Of a DNA stretch of 64,000 bases, positions 27,033 through 39,934 are shown piece by piece; position 1 is the stretch's first letter; every line of letters begins with the position of its first letter. Under the pieces are notes generated by a model. It was not told the origin of the DNA. It worked only from the letters and a program-made list of their open reading frames with translations, and did not search any database. The position numbers and the translations under genes were made by a program. This stretch comes from Camelus ferus (lineage: Eukaryota). The stretch lies in contig NC_045697.1 in the NCBI RefSeq assembly GCF_009834535.1, forward strand, positions 34,350,001-34,414,000, written 5' to 3'.

Positions 27033-30000
27033 ATCTGGAACCAGTTGACAGACCCTTTAGCTAAGGAAAATGATGAGTATAATTTCAAAGCAATAAATCT
27101 ATTATCAATACAGTAAAAAAAACTGGATAACAATAAGAGAACTCTGAAGATTGATTATATATTTTTTATTGTTGTATTGTGACTAATATTTTAAAATAAT
27201 TTTTGATAAGGATTAATCCTGGCCTTAATATCACTATATTCTTTAGTAATAATTGGGATAACGCAAGAAGGAAACTCTAAGGAAACAGGAAGATTCTCTG
27301 AGAATTGGAATTTTAAATTATCTTGGCTAAATAAGATCTGTGAAAAGAATTAAAATAATAGTAAACATTAAATGATACTAATTTATTTCAGTTAGAATAA
27401 CTAAAGCACAGGACACTAGGGGCAAAGGCAAAGTATCCTAACCTGAAGAAATAAGTAAATGTTGCCAACAAAATCTACCTATTACCACACACTGAAAACA
27501 CATCCCCACCTCACCAAGGGAACATCCTTAATATCAGAATCCGAGTACGATCATGGAACCAGGAATAATCTCCCAGAAACAAGAACACACCCGAAGTGTA
27601 TCTGGCCTTGCATCAGGACCTCCTGGTGATACTGGTTCCATGACCATAATCTGCATAATATTCTTTAGGGTTATAAAGAGAGAGCTAATGGAGAAAGGTA
27701 CACAAATGCCTTTTCTTCTCCATTAGGGGCTAATGCAAAAAAAAATGCTGCAATATGAGGCAGGGGCAAATTTCCTGTTCCTAAGAAGTATGACAGATTG
27801 GAAAGGGTTTGCCAAGGAATACTGTTCAAGCTTCCTCTGGGGAGCCTTTGAGAGAAGTCAAAGCTCTCCATCTGTTTGGCATAAGGTATCCTTCCTGAAG
27901 AGAAAGGAAAGTAGAAGACTTGTTAACATCTGAATTTTAGGAAAGCTATTGAGATTGTCATTTGACATACTCAATTGAACTAAATGTAGTACTCTATTTT
28001 CCCTAATGTTTATGTTGCTCTCTAGCAGTAAATTGGTTGTTTGAAAAGCACATCTACCCTTGGAGGCACTAACGAGTAACTCGATGATGTACTATGAGAA
28101 TGAGGTTCATTACATTGTGCCAACTGGCTCCCAGCATCTGTTCAGTTTACATGGCGACTCATTCAGAGGATTCAGTGCTTCATGCAAACAACTGTGAGGT
28201 CCCAATGTTTGATTTACCCTTGGGCTTTCACACACCTAGACTTCAGTATCACAGTGTGATTTTGGAAGAAGAAAGGCATAAATCAAAGCCATATCAATCA
28301 ACAAGAGATTGGCTTATAACTATGAATACTTTATGTATACAACTTCTGCAACTCAAAAGGTTCTGAGTCATCATGGTGATGTCAGCTGAAAAGCATGTAA
28401 ACACCTTTGCTCTCTGTCAGAAACACAAGTAGAGCTGTTGCCTGAGTATCACAGTCCGGCGTCACTTCCTATACCTTTTTCTGCACATAGGGAGGAAAAT
28501 TTTAACTTCAAATATAAAGGATCATAGTCCAACACAATGTTAACTCACACAGAATAGTATTTTTCATTCCTATATATATATATATGAATATATATAGTTC
28601 CTTTTTCTACTCATATGATCATAGCTATGAGAAAAGCTTCAGTTTTTCTATATAAATAATAGGCATCTTACTACGTGCATCAGCTTAAAAAAAAAGCTTC
28701 AATTATCACACAAAAATGTTCATGCTTTACAAATACTACTAAAAAGTAAATGAAAATAAGCCACTTTCACACTTGTTAGAGATAAAATGTTAACTGAAAG
28801 AAGAATGTGTTGGGAAAACTAGAGAGAGAATATATTCTCTACAACGAAAAGTAGAGAAATACCTATTAGTTGTAACTGATGTTAGAAACAAAATTTCTGT
28901 GGAAATAATACTATGAAAATGGCAGCTAAAGCAAACTTTTAAAAATTTTACAAAAATCAAATGGGCAAGACCAAAGAGATGCCTGCCCCAGGAGAAGAGA
29001 AGTTGTGTTTAGTTTGCCTAAAGGCAAAGTGACCTTTTGTGTCAAAACTCAGAAATCTCCGAACCATGGATTTTTCTCATTTATTTTCCATTGTAATGTC
29101 CTTCAGGGTTTTTCACAGCAACAACAATGGCTCTCACAAACGACTCAGGCATGCAAAACCGGTACATATTCAATTTTACCAGTTGGTAAAACATGTTTTT
29201 TCTCACCCATGGCTTTGACCAGGTCACCCCTCCCCGCCAATGGCCTCACTATTGTTCTCCTTATCAACTGCAGACTCCTCATTCTCAACTTCAAAGGCCC
29301 CCTCCAGTTTTCCCAGCTTTCATTTCCTCTCTAACCAGTCTGTATTCTTCCAGCCAAGAAATCCTTCATTCAGGCCTTTCAGGCTCGGGCTCCATCCTTC
29401 ATCCAGTCTATCTCTCAGACTTCCCAGCAGGCTCAGGTCGCTTTCAACAACCTACTTCTTCCCTCAAAATTAAACCTAAAATTAAACTTGTTAGGTTAAA
29501 TGACCAACTAACTGTTTTTGTTTCCTTGTTTTTATTCTGAAATCGAATGACATCTGCCCTGTGCAAAAGAAATTGGGACCACGATCCCAGTGACAAATTT
29601 CTCCAGTATTTGAGTCATTCATGTTCAATCTATCAGACCGATATGAGGAATGACACAGAAGTAAAAAATAAAGCATCTGCGTCACATTTAAATATAAGAA
29701 AAAAAGAGATACCCTATTACATTTTATGATTGCTGGTGGTAGGAATTTCAGCTGGTATCATTTCTGAGACCATGCCAGGACTGGAGGAAATCTGGAAGGT
29801 TAAGTATTAGACTATGAGAGGAACAGACACAGACAGCCCCATATCACACCATGAAAGTGATAAACTGGCAATGAGCTGAGAAGGAGGAACAGAGACAGGA
29901 TAGGGAGGGGTAACTGGGCTGCAAAAGAGCACAGCATCCCAAGGAGAAATAAAAATAGACCAGAGTTCAGCCAGCCAGGCAGAACTGCCTTTGGGCATCT

Positions 30001-30309
30001 GACTTGGCGCCAAATGCCAAAATGAACACACAACATCAGTGACACGAATCACTTACCTCATTAGACTTAGCTTCTCAAAGTCCATTCTCCTTTCTGCAAT
30101 AAATGTTGCTATCAGCTTGCTTATTTTCTTGCTCATAATACTAATCCTAATGAGACTCTGGGTGGCAATGCAAAAGGCTCGATTAATTCCCTTCCCTTCA
30201 AATTACTTTCTTCACTGCTAAAAGCATCTTCATTCATTCTCTCCTTCAAAAACATACTGAGTATCAAGGTTATTTTGTCAGGAAATATGCTGAAATGATA
30301 AGCCTCTGC

Positions 30310-30470
30310 ATCCTTATCTATAAGGATACTAGTAAAATATAGAAATAAAAATCGTAATAGTATATACCCATTATGTTGTGCAGAAGCTTAAAGGAGACAG
30401 TGCTATAAAGCACTTAACACAGTCACTGGCACCCAGCATGCCTGCAATAAGTCAGCTATTATTATTACTT
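30310..30470 (+). mobile_element. MIR SINE
   Basis: tataaagcacttaacacagtcactggcacccagcatgcctgcaataagtcagctattattatt. Confidence 0.75.
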
Positions 30471-31000
30471 ACAGGAATCTTGTTTTGAACAGATGACAGT
30501 TGTCATTGCAACCTAACCTGAGCCATAAACCAATAAAATCTAATTTTTAAACCAAACTATGTTTATTTATACATGCTTTCTATCTTCATACAGAATACAG
30601 TGAATCGCATTTTTAATAAACAATTTTCCAGAGTTCCCAGGGGGACTCCACTCCAATTCTCCCAAGTCTAGTAGGGCATCTGCCTGTTTCATAATCTACC
30701 AGACCAGAGCGAGGAAAGAGAACGGAAGTGGAGATTACAGTTAAATGGTGAATTGAGCCACTCTCACAACACCTGTGGGTCTCAGAAGAGGAAAGATGTC
30801 ATCAAACCTGCTTTTGCAACTTGCCCGTTAAATGTCCTGAAGTCTGTTCTCTTTCCTATCGTGTCCTTCCACTACACTTCAGTGTTTGCTCTCCCTAAGC
30901 TCATCCACCTCTTTGATTTCAGCCCAATATACATACACTAATAACTCCCAGGCTCTTGTTCACCCAGTTCAAACCTCTCCTTGAGTTTCAGGATACCAAT

Positions 31001-31402
31001 CGAAAGAGAGCAGGTCCCTATGGGTGCCCCCTGATACAAATCCTTTCTGTCCCCCAATTCTCTTTGGTAGGAAATAGGCTTCATGCAGCCTGCTTGACTT
31101 TTCCTGAGTTCCAAAGGCTAGGGTTCAAACAGTTACCAATCAGGGAAGGAAGGGAATGTAGAAATACGGGAGGAATAGTCAAGAAACAATATTGCAGTCC
31201 TGGGGCAGGGATCTGGTTCCTCCTCAAGGAATATAATAACAGTATCTGTAAATTCTTCTGCAGGAACTAAGCCTCACCCCCAACTCCTGCCTCTTGTTTA
31301 TGGCTGAGCAGAATCTTCAGAAATGGTTTTTCAGGGGAACATTGGGTCCACCAGATTGTCAGCATTCTGATTAAAAGCCGCTTTCCTTTTTGTCACCAAG
31401 GC
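31001..31402 (+). mobile_element. ERV1-class LTR, 3'-truncated, inserted in an L2
   Basis: LTR-like U3/R with ATTAAA near 31370 followed by a U5-like ctttcctttttgtcacc. L2 sequence flanks the LTR block on both sides. Confidence 0.65.
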
Positions 31403-32010
31403 TGTTGTCCCCAGGATCATATCCCTGCTCCTCTCCCTAGAAACCAATTACTCTTATCTAAGTCTCAGGAGGCAGCTGCAATGAGAAGACACAAGAACTG
31501 GTAAGACCAAACTGAGCCCAGGATGGTGGAGGATTTGACTTCCAGTGGACCTTGAGCCTCATTAAACACTCACTGTAATGTATTAGCTGCTAAATGACAC
31601 AGGCACTCATCCCATGATAGCTGATGATTGCCATGACAACAAACAGAAAAGCCCACACAAGGACCAAAAAGCCCAAAAAAGGACTGATTGTTCCCAATAC
31701 ACCCAGAAGGAGGGCATGATGGCAGAAGCAGCTCATAAAAATCCACATAGCCCAACCCGGGTCAGAGCTGTCTCTATGGGCCATCTTGGCTGACAACTCC
31801 CTGTTCCAGCACCTTTTCCTCACTCGAGCTCTTTTCTTTTCTTCTCTGCTCAGGCGCTTTCCTTCCTTTTCCCCTTCTGAGCAATAAAGGGGCTGTTTTC
31901 TTAGTCCCTCAGGCTCTGCTGTGCAAATTCTTTCATGGCCAGCGGCAAGGACACACACTTTGATGGGCTTCCTAATTTAGGGGGGGGGGGGGTCTCACTA
32001 TCCGCTAACA
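31403..32010 (+). mobile_element. MER41-like ERV1 LTR
   Basis: TGT...ACA ends. It shares the core gaccttgagcctcatta..ctcactgtaat..tagc..gctaaatgacac with the LTR at 51402. AATAAA near 31883 and a G13 run at 31980-31992. Confidence 0.8.
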
Positions 32011-33937
32011 CAACGACACAGCCAGGAAACTCACAAGTCTACATAGTTCTTTCTCTCCAACTCTTCTCTTCCCTGTGGCTTCTACTTTGACAGATGGTAC
32101 AACCACCACCTTCTCCCTCTTCCCAACCAAACGCTTGCTTGTTATCATTCCTTCTGCCTTCTTCTCTCCACAGTAGATCATGAAATCTCCAATGTGTGAG
32201 TTCTTCAGAACAGGGACTCTGTCTGTCGTATTTGCCCCTAAATCCCCAGCACCTGAAACATCCCAGCACCCAGTAGGTCCTCCATACACCTTTGCTGAAC
32301 GCATGATTGGCACAGAGTTGCTACTCTGTTGCTGCCGAATGAAGACGTGAATGTATGTCTCTAAGCTGAGTTCCCAGAAAAGAACATAAAAATTATTTCC
32401 CTTTAGTTCAATTTTTCTAGTAATTTGTTCTTCTAAACAAAGGTATTAAATCCAATGAACAGCTTGTTTTCTATCAGAACAACAAAATGCTATTTGTTTT
32501 GGTACAATGTCCAAATGCTAATTCTTGGCTGTTAAGTTTCACAGTTAAGCAAGAAGCTTTCTGGTCTTCAGATTTTATCCCATATAAATCCTCTATTCCA
32601 AAATTATACTTAGCAGGGAGTCTTCTGAAATCCAAATTGGGAAAATTAGAAACAGCTTAGCAACCCCAAAGAATAATATTTCACAAAATCCTATGGAGTA
32701 AAAAGCCAGGTCCTGTGGGGCCACTGGCTGGGTGTATTAACCAATTTCAGAAAACATTCACTCTTACGGGCCTCCTACATGCTACTGAGTGGACAAAAGT
32801 AACGCGTCAAAGAGTCTCAAGATTTTTAAGTGCTGAATCTTACATTTCATCTAGAACATTCTGTCCTCTGCGTTTGAGTTGGTATTAGTGGAACCAGATT
32901 CTAAAGAATAGATGTTGCTTTCTTGCTTGGAACTGCGTGGCCTTGCGTCTTACTTTGTATCAAGTCTCTAGTCAAATCAACTTGCAGTGCTTTCCTTCAT
33001 AAAAATAGCAAAACTGTGCTACACTAACAGAAATAAATAAAAGGTCCCTACCTTCATGTCTACATTTGCATTTGACTGGTGGAATAAGACTTCATGAATT
33101 AAAAATATTTCAAGGCTCATTTATTTTTATCACTACTATTCTACACCAGGCAGATCTGAACATTTCATGTTTACTTCAATTAGAAGACTGCCAGCAGGCA
33201 GACTTATTTTCAGTGCAAAGCCTTCGCCTAAATTAAGTCACACATTTCTGACATCAGTCCAAGGAGACTGAGAGCAAAACTCTAAACTTCTCCTTACCAG
33301 GTCAATATCAGCAGTTCTAAACCAAATAACCACTTTATTGTCCTTTGTTGAGATTTATTCAAATTGCCAATCATGAAGAAAAAAGTTAGGCACATTCCCA
33401 TGAAGAAGAAAAGAGAGAGAAGCTGAGTGGGGTGTGTTCAGGTAACCACTGCTCACCTAATCACAAATGATAAGGTTAAGGACTAATACTTGCTTTACAT
33501 ACAGAATCCTGCGCTTTATAACATATACATGTATGTCTACCCATACATGCGCATATACTTGCAAAGTTCCCTACACAACATGTACTTTTTGTATAAAATA
33601 AACCCTTTCCTTCCTTTGTGGGCTGAATGCTATAGGTCTAATCTTTAAACTAGTCTAAGCACTTGCAAGGAATGATTTTTAAGTAAGTGGCCTTTGTACA
33701 CAGCACTGTCATTTGGTGCTAATTTTGAATGCTATTAATGCACACAATAAGCCTCTTTTCTCCTTTTAAAATTGGTGTGCTGTGTTTTATAAACAGTGAC
33801 ATCCTAGGTCTTTGAACTCCTGGCAGGCGTAGATTCAAGTGAGTTCAAACCAGCGCTCTGCCGAGTCCCACTTCTATACACTTGAGCAAGTGACTGAACC
33901 TTGCCAAGCACCAGTTCCCTTATCGTCCCACCGGGAA

Positions 33938-35058
33938 GTGTCTTGGTCTGTTAACATGGCCACGACCATACCACAGACTGGGTTGCTTAAACAACAAATA
34001 TTTATTTCTCACGGTTCCAAAAGCCCAAGATCAGGGTGCCAGGACAGTCAGATTTCTGGTGAGGCCCCTCCTCCCGGTTATGTCCTCACGTGGCCTCCCT
34101 TGGCCTGTGCACACACAGAGAGAACCAGCTCTGGGCTCTTTTCTTTTTCTTTTTCTTTTTTTTTTTTTAATGTTTTCAGCCTTTTTTTTTTTTTAACATT
34201 TTTTATTGATTTATAATCATTTTACAATGTTGTGTCAAATTCCAGTGTTCAGCACAATTTTTCAGTTATTCATGGACATATACACACTCATTGTCACATT
34301 TTTTTCTCTGTGAGTTATCATAACATTTTGTGTATATTTCCCTGTGCTATACAGTGTAGTCTATTCTACAGTTTTGAAATCCCAGTCTATCCCTTCCCAC
34401 CCTCCTACCCCCCTGGTAACCACAAGTCTGTATTCTCTGTCTGTGAGTCTATTTCTGTCCTTTATTTACGCTTTGTTTTTGTTTGTTTGTTTGTTTTTGT
34501 TTTTGTTTTTTAGATTCCACATATGAGCGATCTCATATGGTATTTTTCTTTCTCTTTCTGGCTTACTTCACTTAGAATGACATTCTCCAGGAGCATCCAT
34601 GTTGCTGCAAATGGCATTATGTTGTCGGTTTTTATGGCTGAGTAGTATTCCATTGTATAAATATACCACATCTTCTTTAACCAGTCACCTGTTGATGGAC
34701 ATTTAGGCTGTTTCCATGTTTTGGCTATTGTAACTAGTGCTGCTATGAACATTGGGGTGCAGGTGTCATCCTGAAGTAGATTACCTTCTGGATACAAGCC
34801 CCTTTTCTTAAACGGACACGCTTACTTCTCTGGGGTTTGCTACAGTTCTCTAAATACTAATAAATACTATTGCTTTTTTTTTCTTTTTTCATTTTTTTCA
34901 GAAAAAAAGAAAAAAGGACCCTAATCCCATCATGAGGTCCATCCCCACAACCTCATCTAAACCTAATTACCTCCCAAAGTTTCCACATCCTAATGCTGTT
35001 CCATTGGGACTGAGTTCCAACATACAAATTAGGGGTGGACACAAACATTAACCACTAT
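33938..35058 (-). mobile_element. MaLR LTR (MLT1A/B-like) split by a young L1 and itself sitting inside a MIR
   Basis: Left part ataccacagactgggttgcttaaacaacaaatatttatttctcac (33938-34140). Right part aaggaccctaatcccatcatgagg...ggacacaaacatt (34912-35058). Confidence 0.85.
34141..34801 (-). mobile_element. Young 5'-truncated lineage-specific L1 (ORF2 C-terminus, 3' UTR, poly-A)
   Basis: ORF 34510..34797(-) gives an uninterrupted L1 ORF2 end, TCTPMFIAALVTIAKTWKQPKCPS...WYIYTMEYYSAIK...SLICGI. AATAAA and A-tails lie on the minus strand. Possible TSD cttttctt. Confidence 0.95.
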
Positions 35059-35059
35059 A

Positions 35060-35253
35060 TGTAAAAATACACAAAAAAAAATATTTCTTTGGTATAGCAC
35101 AGGGAACTATATTCAATGTAATAACCTTTAATGAAAAAGAATATGAGAATGAATATACATATGTAGATGCATGACTGGGACATTATGCTGTACACCAGAA
35201 ACTGGCACAATGTAACTGACTACACCTCAATTAAAAAAGAAAGAAAGAAAGAA
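35060..35253 (+). mobile_element. L1 3'-UTR fragment with A-rich/(GAAA)n tail
   Basis: gtatagcacagggaactatattcaa...tgctgtacaccagaaactggcacaatgtaactgactacacctcaattaaaaaagaaagaaag. Confidence 0.88.
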
Positions 35254-37431
35254 GAATAACCATAATCTTCACAGTGCTGCTGTGAGCAATAAATTTAAAA
35301 ATGTCTCTGAAATACTTAACACAGCACTTAGTATATAATAAATGCTCAGGAAGCATTATATATCATTAGTGTTGTAACTATTATTATTAAACACTATTAT
35401 TAAGACACTATTGTTTGGATTGGAAAGTCTGACCACCATATCTTGTGGGGTTTTTTTTTTTTCCTATTTAATTCTGTAACTGCCTTACCATAGTCACTCA
35501 AGAGAAGCTTAACTTAAAAGTAATTGACTTCCCTTCTACAAATCTCTATCAGACTGTCATTTCCACAGACTAGCCCCATCAGATTCTAACGATTTCATCT
35601 TCACAATTGCTCAGCACTTTTCTGTTCTTGATTCTCATTGCATATGTTAACGTAATAACTTGTATATGTGCATATGCATTTCTGTCGCTTGTGATTCATT
35701 TTTATACTATATGTGTCTGTTTTCAACTTTAGATTATCACTGAAGAAGTAGAACCAGGATAATAGCCAGGTCTGTTTGATTCTACAATAGCCATCTTCTA
35801 AGTGTGGAATGTCTTTTCCTGAGGGTAAGCAAAGACTTTCCAAGGGTACATACAGGCAGAGAGAGTCTTAAGGGAATCGACTTCCATATCCTCAATTGCC
35901 CTGTCTTCTATAATTGCCCTTACTTGAGGCCACATGCAAGGGTGAAGTCATCCATTCCCCTTTTCCTACCTTCCCTTTCACAAAGTCCTTTTTTCCAATT
36001 GGTGAAAGAAAAGCATGCCTCTTACCTATCTGTTCCAAACCTGCTATGCTGTATAACCCTACAGTGTGAAATATCTGGAGTTCCAAACATACAGACAATT
36101 CAAAGTGTCCTCCATTTAGCTATCTTGCATCCTCATCCTCCAAATGTCAGAGAATATACTGTTCCTAAGGAAACCCCTTGAAGGGCAAAGTCAAAAGAGC
36201 ACAAAGATACACCATAGGCAAGGGCATCCATTTCCTTCAGGCAGCAAATTATTAGGCACTGGGTTTTGTCTGTCTGTCCATCTACCTAAATAGGTATCTT
36301 AAAATTAGAAGTAAAAAGGGAGATTCTAAGCTTCTGGTTCCAGTAAAGATAGAATAAGACTATTCTACCTCATCTCCCCCTCTGATCATAACTGAAAATT
36401 GTGAACAGAACATATAAAGCAACTATCTATGGCACCTGAAAATGAAAGAATAGTAGGCAGATTGATGAGGAAAATCAATAGTTGAAAAAGACATACAAAT
36501 ATTGATCGTTATATTGTGCACTTGAAATAAATATGATGCTATATTGCAATTATACCTCAATTTTTAAAAAAGACTAATAACAAAGTGAGTTTTCTGTGTT
36601 TTTCTTTTTCTACCCATATTTCCCAATACAGATCCAGAGCTGCAAAATCATGTAGCAGGAATGGCCAAGAGAAACTCTCTCCCTGGTCAGAGAAATGGGA
36701 GGGAGGGGCCCTGGCAAACAAAGGGAGCAGGGGAAATTTCCAGAGCTCTTTTCTCTCTTGATCCTCCTCTGGAAGGTGGTCCCAGTCCTAAAGCTCTACT
36801 CTTGCCACCAGGGGAGCAGCAGTAGCCTAGGATGCCTATTTGCCCCAGAGGTAGTTATGACCATGAAAGGATGCTGAAATTATACCTGTTTCAAAAAGGA
36901 CCAGGAGGAAGGGTCCCTGGGAGCCAGGGAGTCTCAGGGAGATCACAAAGAGGAAAGACATGATGGAGCTGTGTATGAAGTCCTGAGCTTATTCCCCAAG
37001 AGTGCATCCATGAAAATAAATTGAAATATAATACCAAGGGCTTTGAGAAGTAAACTGCAATGTAGGTCACGGCCAAGGTACAAGACTGGTCCATGGAAGT
37101 CACATACGTTGGGAGGATCCAAACAGCACTACATAGTCTTTGAAAACTAAACTGACATCAAAATCAAAGCCCACAGAAGGTAGAATGGGACTTATGACTA
37201 GAGCCCAACTGGGTCAACTGACTATGAAACAACAAACACATAAACAAAAATCAACTTTCTCCAGAGAATTTTAACAGGGCCCAGAATCTCATAATATCTT
37301 CAAAATGCTCAGTCTATAATCCAAAATTAGTTAACAAACTAAAAAACAGGACATTCTCAGCACCCTTAAATGAAAATACCATCAATAGACACCAACCTTG
37401 AGATGATGCAGATAGAATTACTTGATAAAGC

Positions 37432-37905
37432 TGTCGACTGAAATAAATGCGCAACCTAAAAGTTAACAGTTATGTTTTATTTGGCAGGAGGACTCAAGCC
37501 TGGATGACAGCCTCTCAGATTGCTCTGAGGGACTGCTCCAAAGAGGTAGGGGAGGAGCTAGGATATATAGGAGCTTTACAACAAAGACCAGGTAGTTGGA
37601 ACAATAAAGGATTACTTGTTATCTAAAGAAAACCATGCATTTCAAATTAAAGAATTTAGTACTTTTCTAAGTATGGGAGGAAGCAAACATTTGGGCTCAT
37701 TGAATTCATTCCTTTGACAAGCACCTAGCTATCTAGGGCCAGTGTCCTGTCCTTTCTTATTCTGAATCTGCTCAGAGGGCACCACTGTGAGTGGCTGCAG
37801 AGGCTGGGCTGCAGGCCTGTCCCCACTGGGGGGTGGCAGCAGCCACTGATGACTTGGTTTCAACATTCTTTGTTTAGTGATATGGTTGCAGTATTTTCAC
37901 TCACA
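37432..37905 (-). mobile_element. Solo ERV1-class LTR (474 bp), same orientation as CORIN
   Basis: TG...CA ends. 4-bp TSD aagc (37428-37431 / 37906-37909). It is the reverse complement of the LTR at 59158-59634. TATATA at 37564-37569 and minus-strand AATAAA at 37476-37481. Confidence 0.92.
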
Positions 37906-38584
37906 AAGCCCTTAAGGCAGCTATTACACACATGCTCCATGAAGTAATGGTCAACAGGCTTGAAATGAATGGAAGGACACAAGTTCTCAGAAAAGAAATA
38001 ACAGCTTCATGGAAAAAATCAAGCAGAAATTTTAGAACTAAAGAATACAATAACTAAGTTTTTTTAAGAGCCACAGAATTTCAGAACAGAGACGACAGTG
38101 GAAAGAGTCAGTGAACTTGAATATAGATTAACAGAAATCATCCAACCTGAACAAGAGAGAAAAAGATTGAAAAAAAAATGAACATAAGTTCAGGCACCTG
38201 CTGGGTACTATAAAAAGGTCTAACAGTGATGTCACTAAAATCCAAGAAGGAAAAGAGAAACACTTGTACAGAAAATAAAATTGAAAAATTAATGACTAAA
38301 ACTTCCTAAATATAATTAATGATATAAATTTAGACTTTAGAAGCTCAGCAGATCCAAACAGAATAAACTCAAGGAAAATCATACCTAGACACAAAATAAC
38401 CAACCAAATGGGATTTATCCTGGGAAGCAAGGCTATTTCAACATCCAAAATATAATAAATATGATCACCAGGTTAACAAACCAAAGAAAAACTGCATGAT
38501 CAAAATAATAGATTCAGGAGAAGCATTTGATAAAATTCAACATTGTTCAGGACAAAAACCCTCAGGAAATCAAGTAGAGAGTTT

Positions 38585-38783
38585 AAGGGCTCACCTGACT
38601 ATGGCAACCCTACCATGGATGCTCTACCTTTCTTCAAGTTGACTGTGACATAGAAGGTAACCTAATCACAAAAGTAACTCTCCCATCATACTCATAGTTC
38701 ACACCCCCATTCAAAGGTAGGGAGATTATACAAGTGTAATGAGTACATCAGGGTATTGGAGATTATAATTCTGTTTACCATAA
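38585..38783 (-). mobile_element. Old MaLR LTR fragment inside the L1
   Basis: aacctaatcacaaaagtaactctcccatcatactcatagttc...caaaggtagggagattatacaag...aattctgtttaccata. Confidence 0.6.
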
Positions 38784-39934
38784 CAAGCAATGAACAATAG
38801 GAAACCAATATTCTAAAACAATACCTTTTACAATAGCTCTAAAAGTATCTAACAAAATATGTACAAGATCTATATAATAAAAATTACAAAATGTTGATAA
38901 AAGAATCAAGGAAGAGCTAATAAATGGAGAGATGAACCAAGTCCATCATTTAAAAGATTCAGTGTGATTAAGACATCACATTGACAACTTTCCACTCTGA
39001 CCTATAGCTTTAAACAAATTCCAATCAAAACTTGGCAGGATTTTTTTGACAACCTGATTCTAAAATTTATACAAAAAGGCAAAGTACTAGTACTGAAAAA
39101 TAAATTTTAAGCAAGAAAACAGTTGAAAAATTCACATCACCCAGATGTTAAGGCTTATTGTAAAACTGTAATAATCAAAACTGCATGGTTATGCTTAAGG
39201 GATAGACACATAATGAATGGAACTGAAGAGTCCAGAAATAGACCCACATGAATATGGTCAATTAACCTGACAAAAGCAATTTAATGGGGAAATGATAGTC
39301 TTTTCAACAAATGCTCCTAGAAAAACTGGACATTCATTTTCAAAAAGAAAGAAATAACACTTGACCTATACCTCACGCTTGATGTAAAACTTCAACTCAC
39401 CATAGATCATAATAAGATGAAAAGATAAAAGTCTCAGGAGAAATTATAGGAGAAAATCTTCGTGCACATAAGTAAGGGAAAATGTTCTTATATGATACAA
39501 ATGTATGTTCTATACAAAAAAAGATTGACAAATTAGACTTCATCAAAATTAAAAATGCTTGCTCAGTGAAAGACAATGTGAGGAGAATAAAAAGACAGGT
39601 GTGGACTGGGAGAAAATATTTTCAAATCACATATTCAGTAAAAGATTTTCAGCCAGAACACAGAAAGAACTCTCAGAGCTCAACGATAAGAAATACAACC
39701 CAAGAAATAAATAAGCAAAAGATATGAACAGACACTTCACTGAAGAAGGTATACCAATGGCAAATAAGCATGTTAAAAGCCAGTCATCACTAGTCATTAA
39801 AGAAATGCAAATTAAAACTACAATCATTTACCTCTACATACCTATGAGAATGGGTAACATAAAAACAACAATAAATATCACCCTGACAATAATAAGCACT
39901 GGTAAGATTGTGGAGCAAATGGAACTTCATTATG

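Larger units (their letters stand above)
36320..39930 (+). mobile_element. Old rearranged L1 (5' region, ORF1 and ORF2 remnants) with nested insertions
   Basis: ORF1-like gaaagagtcagtgaacttgaatatagattaacagaaatcatccaacctgaa. ORF2-like gggatttatcctggga, gaagcatttgataaaattcaaca, gtccagaaatagacccaca. Decayed ORFs 39482..39727 and 39724..39999 retain L1 ORF2 words (IDKLDFIKIK, MNRHFTEE). Confidence 0.88.

Noticed and set aside
27551..27643. 12-bp inverted repeat tcatggaaccag / ctggttccatga
   Set aside because: Short arms with a 69-bp spacer. It is most likely a decayed MER5-type hAT remnant or chance.
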